A stretch of DNA of 64,000 nt from Candidatus Latescibacterota bacterium (GTDB taxonomy: Bacteria > Latescibacterota > UBA2968 > UBA8231), in assembly GCA_965221775.1 (NCBI GenBank), contig CBDCSU010000006.1:480001-544000 (forward strand), written 5' to 3'. Position numbers and translations under genes: made by a program. The notes beneath the pieces were generated by a model. It was not told the origin of the DNA and did no database searches. It saw only the letters and a program-made list of their open reading frames with translations. Every line of letters starts with the position of its first letter. Positions within the stretch are counted from its first letter, which is position 1. Shown here piece after piece: positions 1 to 7,846 of this stretch.

Positions 1-160
1 CGAAGTGCTGGCAGGCGCGGCCAATAGCCCTTTTTTGTGCTTACTCGTGTCGGCGGTCTTGTCGATCTTCCATCTGTGCTGTATTCCTCACCATCGTTCC
101 ATGAACGGCACTGTCGTTTGCCTTTCAGATTTTCTGTTTGGCATGCCGAACATTTGTATC

Positions 161-188
161 AAGGTATGTCCGGCTGAGCGATTGTCAA
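161..188 (-). promoter_or_regulatory. Putative sigma70 promoter firing leftwards, out of the window
   Basis: Minus-strand TTGACA (183-188), 16-nt spacer, TACCTT (161-166), within a stretch of about 52% GC (bases 1-180 counted by hand). Confidence 0.35.
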
Positions 189-217
189 TGACTTTTCTTC
201 GGCCCCCGGGGTGATCG

Positions 218-1411
218 ATGCCCCGACTCCGCAATCCCTTCGCCGAGTGGACCCGCGACTGGACCCTGCTGGCCGCCGCCGCCGTCGGGGTGGGCGTGTT
301 CTTCGGGGTCCAGCTCACCCTGTTCAACAACTTCATCGTCGATCGCCTGGACATCGAGCCCCAGGAGCTGGGCTGGGTGGAGTCCCTGCGCGAGATCCCG
401 GGGTTCATGAACGCCTTCTTCGTGGCCCTCATGATCCGCATGGCGCCGTCGCTGGTGGGCGCCGCGGCCCTGGCTGTCATGGGCCTCGGCCTGATGGCCT
501 ACGCCGACGTCGGCTCGGTGCCGGCCCTGATCCTCTACTCGGTGGTGTGGAGCATCGGCTTCCACTGCTGGCTGCCGATGGAGGCGACCCTGGCCCTGCG
601 GTTCTCCCCGGCCGGCGGCAAGGGGCGGTGGCTCGGTCAGCTGCGGGCCGTGCACAGCGTCGCCATGCTCCTCACCATCGGCGGCGGCATGCTGCTGCTG
701 AAGCTGGTGAACTACGAGGGCATGTACCTGCTCGCCGGGGGAGCCACCATCCTCGGGGGCGCGGCCCTGCTCTTCGCCTCCCGGGGCGACGCCGAGGTGG
801 AGGAGAAGGGCTTCGTCCTCAAGAAGCGCTACGGGCTCTACTACGTGCTGCAGTTCCTGGAGGGCTGCCGGCGGCAGATCTTCACCACCTTCGCCGTCTT
901 CGCCCTCGTCAAGGTCCACGGCATGCCGGTGGAGACGACGATGGCCCTGTTGCTGATCAACCAAGTGCTGGTCACCCTCACGGCGCCCGCCATCGGCCGC
1001 CTCGTGGACCGCCTGGGCGAGCGCTGGATGCTGACCATCGGCTACGGCCTGCTGAGCCTGGTCTTCGTCGGCTACGGCCTCATCGATCACCGGCCGACGC
1101 TCTACGTCCTCTACTGCCTCGACAACCTGTTCTTCATGTCGGGCATCGCCCTGACGACCTACATCAACCGGATCGCCCTGCCGGAGGACCTCAAGCCGAC
1201 CCTGTCCATGGGGGTGACGATGAACCACTTCGCGGCGGTGGCGGTGCCCCTCCTCTTCGGGATCGCCTGGCAGTTCTTCGGCCACCGCGTGATCTTCCTC
1301 ACCGCCGCCGTCCTCGCCCTGCTGTCCACGGCCGCGAGCCAGTGGGTGGACCCCGCCAGGTTCGCGAATCCGGCCTCCGGGGACCGGGAGACTTCGGACT
1401 CCGGCGGATAG
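218..1411 (+). CDS. MFS transporter
   Basis: 397 aa, roughly 12 hydrophobic segments, MFS loop motif 'IGRLVDRLGER'. Confidence 0.85.
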   Translation: MPRLRNPFAEWTRDWTLLAAAAVGVGVFFGVQLTLFNNFIVDRLDIEPQELGWVESLREIPGFMNAFFVALMIRMAPSLVGAAALAVMGLGLMAYADVGSVPALILYSVVWSIGFHCWLPMEATLALRFSPAGGKGRWLGQLRAVHSVAMLLTIGGGMLLLKLVNYEGMYLLAGGATILGGAALLFASRGDAEVEEKGFVLKKRYGLYYVLQFLEGCRRQIFTTFAVFALVKVHGMPVETTMALLLINQVLVTLTAPAIGRLVDRLGERWMLTIGYGLLSLVFVGYGLIDHRPTLYVLYCLDNLFFMSGIALTTYINRIALPEDLKPTLSMGVTMNHFAAVAVPLLFGIAWQFFGHRVIFLTAAVLALLSTAASQWVDPARFANPASGDRETSDSGG

Positions 1412-1461
1412 ACCACCCGCCGCCGCCTGCCCGCGCCGATGCAGAGCCGCCGGGCCTCGCC

Positions 1462-3789
1462 ATGCTTCTCCCGCTGATCCTCGCGGCCGCCGCTTCCGCG
1501 GCCCACGCCGCCGCATCCCCGCCCTTCATCCTCGAGCGGGCCTTCCCCGCCCTGCCGCTGGAGGCCCCCGTCTACCTGGAGCCTTCAGGGGACGGCAGCG
1601 GCCGCCTCTTCGCCGCCGGGAAGTCCGGCCTCGTCCGCGTCTTCCACCCGACGCGGCAGGACACGGGCGGGATCTTCCTCGACCTGCGCCCCCAGGCCCG
1701 CGACTTCCGGCCGGAGACCGGCCTCCTCGGGATCGCCTTTCACCCCGGGTTCGCCGCCAACGGGCGGCTCTTCGTCCACTACTCGGGGAGGAACTTCCGC
1801 ACCGTGCTCTCGGAGTTCCGCGTCTCCGCGGACGACCCGGACCGCGCCGGCCCGCGGGAGCGGACCCTCCTCCTGGTCCCGCAGCCGACGGACAGCCACA
1901 ACGGCGGCCACATCGAGTTCGGGCCCGACGGCTATCTCTACATGGGGCTCGGCGACGGCGGCGGCGTGGAGGGCGAGCCCCGCCACGACCACGGCCAGGA
2001 CCTGACCACCCTGCTGGGCGCGATCCTGCGGATCGACGTCGACGCCGGCGAGGGCTACGCCATTCCCGCGGACAACCCCTTCGCCGGCAACGGCCGCGGC
2101 TGGCGCGAGGAGATCTGGGCCTTCGGCCTGCGCAATCCCTGGCGCTTCAGCTTCGACCCCCTCTCCGGGCGGATCTGGGTCGGCGACGTGGGCGAGAAGG
2201 ACCGCGAGGAGATCGACCTCGTGGAGCGCGGCGGCAACTACGGCTGGGCGCGCATGGAGGGCCGCCTCTGCCGGGACCCCGATGGCTGCGACGATCCCGC
2301 CCTCGTCCCGCCGGTCTTCGAGTACGGGCGGGAAGAGGGACTCGCCGTGATCGGGGGCTTCGTGTACGAGGGCCGCCGCTGGCCGCAGCTCGCCGGCCGC
2401 TACCTGTTCGGCGACTTCGGCTCGCGCAAGGTGTGGGCCCTGCGCCGCGACGGGGACGGGTGGAGCAGCGAGCTGCTGGCGGTGGCCGACGACCATGTCC
2501 TCGCCTTCGGGAGGGACGCGCAGAAGGAGCTCTACGTGCTCGCCGGTGACGGGGTGTACCAGCTCGAGTCCGCCGCCGGCCGGGAGCTGCCGCCGCCGCG
2601 GCTGTCGCGGACCGGGGTCTTCTCCCGCATGAGTCCGCCGGAGCCGGCGCCGGGGGTCAGGCCGTACGAGGTCAACGCACCGCTGTGGTCGGACGGGGCC
2701 GGCAAGAGGCGTTACCTCGTGCTGCCGGAGGACGGCCGCATCCGCTTTCGGACCGACGGCGCCTGGGAGCTGCCGGACGGTACCGTGCTGGTGAAGAGCT
2801 TCTACCTCGGAGAGCGGATCGTCGAGACGCGGCTGCTGGTCAAGCGGACCGGCCACCCGGGGTGGGACGGGTTCTCCTACAAGTGGAACGACGAGCGGAC
2901 CGAGGCCTTCCTCCTCGGGGTGGCGGAGACCGCGGAGTACGCTGTGCCATCAGCCGACGGGGCAGTGACGCGCAGCCACTACTTCCCGTCCCGCGGTCAG
3001 TGCGGCGACTGCCACACCCCGGCCTCGGGGTACGTCCTCGGCCTGCGCACCGGGCAGATGAACCGCGGCGGCCTGATCGAGCGCTGGGAGCGGGAGGGCC
3101 TGTTCGCCGGCGAGCTGCCTCCCGCGGAGAGCCGGGCGAGGTGGCCGGAGCCGGCGGACGAGAGCGCCCCCCTGGGGCCGCGGGCCCGCGCCTACCTCGC
3201 CGCCAACTGCGCCAACTGCCATCTCCCGGGCCACGCCATCCGGGCGCGGTTCGACCTGCGCTTCGACACGCCGCTGGAGGAGACGGGGATCCTGGAGAAG
3301 GCCCGCCTGGTGAACCTCGGGGTGCGGGATGGGTCGATCGTCGAGCCGGGGGAGCCGCATCGCTCCCTGCTCCATCTGCGCATGCTCGAGACCGGCCGCT
3401 GGCGCATGCCGCCGTTGGCGACCTCCCTGGTCGACACGTCAGGGGCCCGGCTCGTCGGCCGCTGGATCGAGCGCCTCGGGGATCCGACGGCCGTCGCGGC
3501 GGCGCCGGGAGAGCGGGTTCTGCCCCGGGAGTTCGCCCTGCTGCCGCCGTATCCCAACCCGGCCAACGCGGGTCTGGCGATCCCCTTCGCTGTCGCGGCG
3601 GCGGCAGAGGTGCGGCTGGAGCTGTTCAACCTGGAGGGCCAGCGTCTCGAGGTGCTGCTGGCCGGGATGCTGCCGCGGGGCCGCCACTTGGTACACTGGG
3701 ACGGCGGTGGCCGCGCCAGCGGTCTCTACCTGGTGCGGCTGGCCGCCGGGGGGCGGGCGCAGTCGCGCAAGGTGGTGCTGCTGCGCTGA
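1462..3789 (+). CDS. Secreted PQQ-dependent sugar dehydrogenase (GSDH) propeller fused to a di-heme cytochrome c domain and a T9SS/FlgD-Ig-like CTD
   Basis: ATG 1462, signal peptide MLLPLILAAAASAAHA; GSDH motifs GLLGIAFHP, HNGGHIEFGPDGYLY, GLRNPWRFSFD; CGDCH and CANCH; C-terminus FALLPPYPNPAN...ASGLYLVRL...RKVVLLR. Confidence 0.85.
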   Translation: MLLPLILAAAASAAHAAASPPFILERAFPALPLEAPVYLEPSGDGSGRLFAAGKSGLVRVFHPTRQDTGGIFLDLRPQARDFRPETGLLGIAFHPGFAANGRLFVHYSGRNFRTVLSEFRVSADDPDRAGPRERTLLLVPQPTDSHNGGHIEFGPDGYLYMGLGDGGGVEGEPRHDHGQDLTTLLGAILRIDVDAGEGYAIPADNPFAGNGRGWREEIWAFGLRNPWRFSFDPLSGRIWVGDVGEKDREEIDLVERGGNYGWARMEGRLCRDPDGCDDPALVPPVFEYGREEGLAVIGGFVYEGRRWPQLAGRYLFGDFGSRKVWALRRDGDGWSSELLAVADDHVLAFGRDAQKELYVLAGDGVYQLESAAGRELPPPRLSRTGVFSRMSPPEPAPGVRPYEVNAPLWSDGAGKRRYLVLPEDGRIRFRTDGAWELPDGTVLVKSFYLGERIVETRLLVKRTGHPGWDGFSYKWNDERTEAFLLGVAETAEYAVPSADGAVTRSHYFPSRGQCGDCHTPASGYVLGLRTGQMNRGGLIERWEREGLFAGELPPAESRARWPEPADESAPLGPRARAYLAANCANCHLPGHAIRARFDLRFDTPLEETGILEKARLVNLGVRDGSIVEPGEPHRSLLHLRMLETGRWRMPPLATSLVDTSGARLVGRWIERLGDPTAVAAAPGERVLPREFALLPPYPNPANAGLAIPFAVAAAAEVRLELFNLEGQRLEVLLAGMLPRGRHLVHWDGGGRASGLYLVRLAAGGRAQSRKVVLLR

Positions 3790-4035
3790 CGCCCAGATGG
3801 CTTGGAGCAACCCGCTGGGCGCGAGAGGCCTGCCGGGAAGCTCGAACGGTTTTGCCGACCGGCCGAACCGCCAGCTTGGCCGGGACCGCAACGGCCGGGT
3901 TGCGGGCGGCCTGCCGGGAGGCCCGAACGAGTTGCCGCGGGCCGAAGCGCCAGGCCCCCAAGGTGGTGCTGCCGCGCTAGCGGCTGACCGCCACGGCAAC
4001 GGCCGGGTTGCGCAGACCTGACCGGAGGCCCAACG
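3768..4035. repeat. Degenerate short-repeat cluster in an intergenic gap
   Basis: GCAACGGCCGGGTTGCG exact at 3888-3904 and 3996-4012; GGCCTGCCGGGA-N-CGAACG-like units at 3827, 3908 and about 4015; gene end 3768-3789 near-duplicated at 3959-3980. Confidence 0.6.
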
Positions 4036-4116
4036 GGCGCCCGGATGCAGCCCCGCAACCTGGGGTGGCCGCGCTGGACCCGGGCGCCGTCGGTGACGTG
4101 TCGCTCCGGTCCGCCC

Positions 4117-5586
4117 TCAGCCGGGATCCCAGGAGATCTCCGGGTCCAGCGGATAGACGGGGCGCCGCAGGCGGCTGTAGTCGCCGGGGCGCGGGATCTG
4201 CCGGTCGAAGCCGGGGCTGTCGACCATCAGGATCGACGCCGCCACGTCCTTGTAGGTGACCAGCGGGTTGAGCCCCTCCTTGACGACGATGAACTCCATC
4301 GCCGCCGGATCGAGACCCACCTCCTCAAGGAAGGTGGGCCCGCCGAGCTTGCCGGCGCGCTCGATCAGCACGATCGACAGGCCGCGCCCCTCCACCACCG
4401 CGATCGCGCCCACGGGGGTCTCGTACCCCGAGTGGATGGAGGTGCGGCCGTGCACGTCCCGGTGCACCGAGCGCACGGTGCCCTCGAACTCCAGGGGCGG
4501 GTTGTCCTCGGTGCAGACCCGGCCGCCGATGGAGAGCCGCACCGGCTGCCCCGGGCCCGCGGCCACCGCCTCCGGTGCGGAGACGGCGTCGACGACGCCC
4601 ACCGCCGCCGACGGCCCGACGGCGTGCTCGTAGAGGTAGCGGGCGGTGGAGACCACGTCTCCCGAGGCCCCGCCCAGGGTGCAGTCGGCCAGCTCATTCA
4701 GGACCACGGGCCGCCCCTCGACCGCCCGGCCCAGGCGCACCGCTTCCTCCACCGGGTGGATGGGAAAGCGGAACCGGTCGCGCAGGGACCACATCCGCGC
4801 CGCCAAGCGGCGGGCGCCCGCTCTCGCAAGATCCGGGTCGCCGCGGGTGGTGACCGACACGCCGGCGCCCTGGATGCTGACATCAGCCCAGGGATAGCCC
4901 ACGTAGAAGGAGCTGCAGACCACCGCCGGATCGGCATCGATCGCCTCGGCCTCGGCGCGCAGCCGGTCGATCGGCTCGCCGCGGTTCTCGGCCGGGGTGA
5001 TCAGGGGCAGCTTGATGAAGGCGGTCGTGAATTCCACCCCGCCGCCGATCCGCTCCACGAGGTGCTCCGCCGCCCGGCGGCCGACCTCGAACTGGTCGAC
5101 GTGGGGGTGGGTCCGGTAGCCGACGAGGACGTCGCTGTTGGAGGCCATCGCCTCGCTGACGTTGGCGTGGTGGTCCAGGGTCGCGGCCAGCGGTGTCCGG
5201 GGCGATTGCGCGCGCACCCCCCGCAGCAGGTCCCCCTCCGGATCCTCGATCCCCTCCACGGTCATCGCTCCGTGCAGGCACAGGAGGATGCCGTCCAGGG
5301 GCGCGGCGGCGACCAGCCGCCGCAGCAGCCCGCCGCGGATCTCCAGGTAGGATGCCTTCTCCACCAGCGGCGAGGGCATGGCCCAGGCCGACAGGGTGGG
5401 AACGACCTCGGCCCCGTGCCGCTGCAGCGTCTCCAGGGCGCCGCCGACCTCGGAGCCGGTGCCGGCGTGGGCGTCGACGATGGCCGCGCCGGTGAGGAAC
5501 TGGGTCCGCCGGAAGTCGTCCAGGGTCGTGAGCCCCGGCGCGAAGGTGTTGGACTCGTGCATCAGGGCGCCGATGGCGATGCGCAT
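4117..5586 (-). CDS. M81 family metallopeptidase (MlrC-like)
   Basis: MRIAIGALMHESNTF, LHGAM, TLDHHAN, YRTHPHVD; C-terminal YSRLRRPVYPLD. Confidence 0.88.
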   Translation of the reverse strand: MRIAIGALMHESNTFAPGLTTLDDFRRTQFLTGAAIVDAHAGTGSEVGGALETLQRHGAEVVPTLSAWAMPSPLVEKASYLEIRGGLLRRLVAAAPLDGILLCLHGAMTVEGIEDPEGDLLRGVRAQSPRTPLAATLDHHANVSEAMASNSDVLVGYRTHPHVDQFEVGRRAAEHLVERIGGGVEFTTAFIKLPLITPAENRGEPIDRLRAEAEAIDADPAVVCSSFYVGYPWADVSIQGAGVSVTTRGDPDLARAGARRLAARMWSLRDRFRFPIHPVEEAVRLGRAVEGRPVVLNELADCTLGGASGDVVSTARYLYEHAVGPSAAVGVVDAVSAPEAVAAGPGQPVRLSIGGRVCTEDNPPLEFEGTVRSVHRDVHGRTSIHSGYETPVGAIAVVEGRGLSIVLIERAGKLGGPTFLEEVGLDPAAMEFIVVKEGLNPLVTYKDVAASILMVDSPGFDRQIPRPGDYSRLRRPVYPLDPEISWDPG

Positions 5587-6563
5587 CAGCCGCCCGTGCG
5601 CCGCTCCAGGGCCTCGTCGATCATCCGGTCGATGGTGTATCGCGGCGCGTACCCCAGCAGGCGCCCCGCCTTGTCGTTGCTGATGCGGTAGCGCCCCAGC
5701 CCCGCGAGCCGGATCCCCGCCCACGGCCGGCCCAGCCCCCGGGCCACCTTGTCGATGCAGTCCAGGAAGCGGAAGGGGGCGGCGCCGGCGATGTTGAAGA
5801 TCTCGCCCGCCGCCGCCCGGGGGTTCTCCACGGCGAGGACGAAGCCGTCGGCGATGTCGTCGGCGTGGGCGAGCTGCACCTCCACCGAGGTGCCGTCCTC
5901 GTAGAGGGGGGCGATGAGGCCGCGGCCCTCGGCGCACAGGGCGTCGAGGCGCTCCTGCTCCCCCGGCGCCAGCAGGGTCTCCCAGAACTCCGGCTCGAAG
6001 GCCTGCAGGACGTCGCTCTCGTCGAGGGTCCAGCCGACGCGGTGGATGGCGCAGGGCAGCCCGTACGACTTCTCGTAGTTGGCGCACAGGGCTTCCAGAG
6101 TCGCCTTGGCCAGGGAGTAGAACCGGCCCGGCCGCAGGGTGATCTCCACCTCCTCGGTGATCACCTCCTCGTGCTCCCGGTAGATGGCGCAGAACACGGC
6201 GTCGCTGCTGGCGAAGGTGAAGAGCCGCACCGATCCCGCCTGGCGCGCCGCCTCCAGGACGTTGTAGGTGCCGCGCACGAGGTGGTCGAAGAGATGGTCG
6301 TTCTCGAGGCGGTCCTCCACGGCCGTGCCCATCTCGAAGACGGCGGCGAGGTGACAGACGAAGTCGCAGCCGGCCACGGCCTCGGCGAAGGAGGAGCGGT
6401 CGCGGACATCGCCGCGGACCAGGCTCATGCCGCTGCTGGTGATGCCTTCAGGCTCGTTGTTGTGGACCAGGACGCGCACGTGGTAGCCGCGGTCGAGCAG
6501 CTTGACCAGCACCCGCCGGCCGATGCGGCCGGCGCCGCCGGTGAGGAAGACGGTCCCGCTCAT
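5586..6563 (-). CDS. NAD-dependent epimerase/dehydratase (extended SDR)
   Basis: TGGAGRIG Rossmann motif, YSLAK catalytic YxxxK; overlaps both neighbours. Confidence 0.85.
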   Translation of the reverse strand: MSGTVFLTGGAGRIGRRVLVKLLDRGYHVRVLVHNNEPEGITSSGMSLVRGDVRDRSSFAEAVAGCDFVCHLAAVFEMGTAVEDRLENDHLFDHLVRGTYNVLEAARQAGSVRLFTFASSDAVFCAIYREHEEVITEEVEITLRPGRFYSLAKATLEALCANYEKSYGLPCAIHRVGWTLDESDVLQAFEPEFWETLLAPGEQERLDALCAEGRGLIAPLYEDGTSVEVQLAHADDIADGFVLAVENPRAAAGEIFNIAGAAPFRFLDCIDKVARGLGRPWAGIRLAGLGRYRISNDKAGRLLGYAPRYTIDRMIDEALERRTGG

Positions 6564-7726
6564 CCGACCAGCTCGCCGCGGTGGTCGAGGACCTTGCTCA
6601 CGGCGTCGGCGATCCTGCAGACCTGGCCTGCTTCGGCGAGCAGGGCGTGGTGGAAGATCCAGACCGAGCGCTCGGAGAGCTCGCGGGAGGCGGGGAACTC
6701 CCCCGCCGTGAGGCCGCGGTGGCGCAGGCAGGCGACCTCGTGGAGGGCGGGGTACTGGTCCTCCACGGGCACCCCTTCGGCCCGCAGGGCTCGCTTGAAG
6801 GCGTCGCGGGGGACGTCGGCCTCCAGCACGAAGGGGAAGAGGTAGTGGCCGTGCCGACCGAGGCCGGGCTGGCGCGCTTGCGGGCGCACGCCGTCGATCG
6901 CGGCGAGCCGCTCGTTGAGCAGGGCCCCGTGGCGGTCCCGCCGGTCGCAGAGCTCCTCGAGGCGGCTCATCTGGGCCAGCAGCAGCGCCGCCTGCAGCTC
7001 GGAGAGGCGGTAGTTGCTGCCGAGGGTGAAGTGGTTGTAGTCGTCCTCGCTGCCGTGGCGCCCGGCGCTGTGGATCGCCCGCATCCTCGCCAGCAGACGC
7101 TCGGAACGGGTGACCACGGCGCCGCCCTCGCCGCAGCACAGGGTCTTGCTCGACTGGAAGCTGAAGGTGCCGATCTCGCCGAAGGCGCCGGCGTACGTCC
7201 CGTTGAGATGGGCGCCGTGGGCGTGGGCGCAGTCCTCGACGACGGCGAGCCCGTAGCGGTCGGCGAGATGGAGGATGCTCTCCATGTCGCACAGGTTGCC
7301 GCCGAAGTGGACGGGAATGACGGCGCGGGTGCGCTCGGTGACCGCCGCCTCCACCGCGGCGGGGTCGATGGTGAAGGTGTCCGGCCGCACGTCGACCAGG
7401 ACCGGCCGGATCCCCAGGCGCAGGGGCGCGGTGGCGGTGGCCACGAAGGTGTAGTCGGGGACGATGACCTCGTCGCCGGGGCCGAGGCCCAGGGCCTCCA
7501 GCGCCATCTCGATGGCCACGGTGCCGTTGGCCACCGGCAGGACCTGGCCGGCGCGCTGGAACTCTGCGAAGCGGCGGCTGAACTCGGCCAGGCACTCGCC
7601 CCCGACCCCCCAGGTGCCGCTCTCGAGGGCGGCCTGCACCTGCTCCAGCTCGGTGCCGTCCTGGATCGGCCAGCCGGGGAAGGGATCCGCGATCAGGGGG
7701 TCGCCGGAGTGGAGGGCCAGGGACAA
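6560..7726 (-). CDS. DegT/DnrJ/EryC1/StrS PLP aminotransferase
   Basis: NGTVA, VPDYTFVATA, EDCAHAHG, FSFQSSK (PLP Lys), GEGG, NYRLSELQAA. Confidence 0.92.
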   Translation of the reverse strand: MSLALHSGDPLIADPFPGWPIQDGTELEQVQAALESGTWGVGGECLAEFSRRFAEFQRAGQVLPVANGTVAIEMALEALGLGPGDEVIVPDYTFVATATAPLRLGIRPVLVDVRPDTFTIDPAAVEAAVTERTRAVIPVHFGGNLCDMESILHLADRYGLAVVEDCAHAHGAHLNGTYAGAFGEIGTFSFQSSKTLCCGEGGAVVTRSERLLARMRAIHSAGRHGSEDDYNHFTLGSNYRLSELQAALLLAQMSRLEELCDRRDRHGALLNERLAAIDGVRPQARQPGLGRHGHYLFPFVLEADVPRDAFKRALRAEGVPVEDQYPALHEVACLRHRGLTAGEFPASRELSERSVWIFHHALLAEAGQVCRIADAVSKVLDHRGELVG

Positions 7727-7846
7727 GGGGCCTCGCTGGGTGGGCGGGATGCCGGGGCGCCGAGAGCGGCGTTAGCATAGGGCCGGCTCCGGCCCGGCGA
7801 CAAGCGATGTCCCCGCCTTGGAATCAGCTCCGGCGAGGGCCTATGC

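Noticed and set aside
211-1461. 1192-aa ORF suggesting a long N-terminal extension of the dehydrogenase
   Set aside because: First 417 codons are an Arg/Pro/Gly-rich off-frame shadow of the MFS gene; a signal peptide starts at ATG 1462.
3790-4116. Possible CRISPR array
   Set aside because: Only 2-3 degenerate units with irregular spacing (81 and about 107 nt), no cas genes.
4117-5586. Microcystin degradation (mlr) cluster
   Set aside because: Only an M81-family member is present; no mlrA, mlrB or mlrD.
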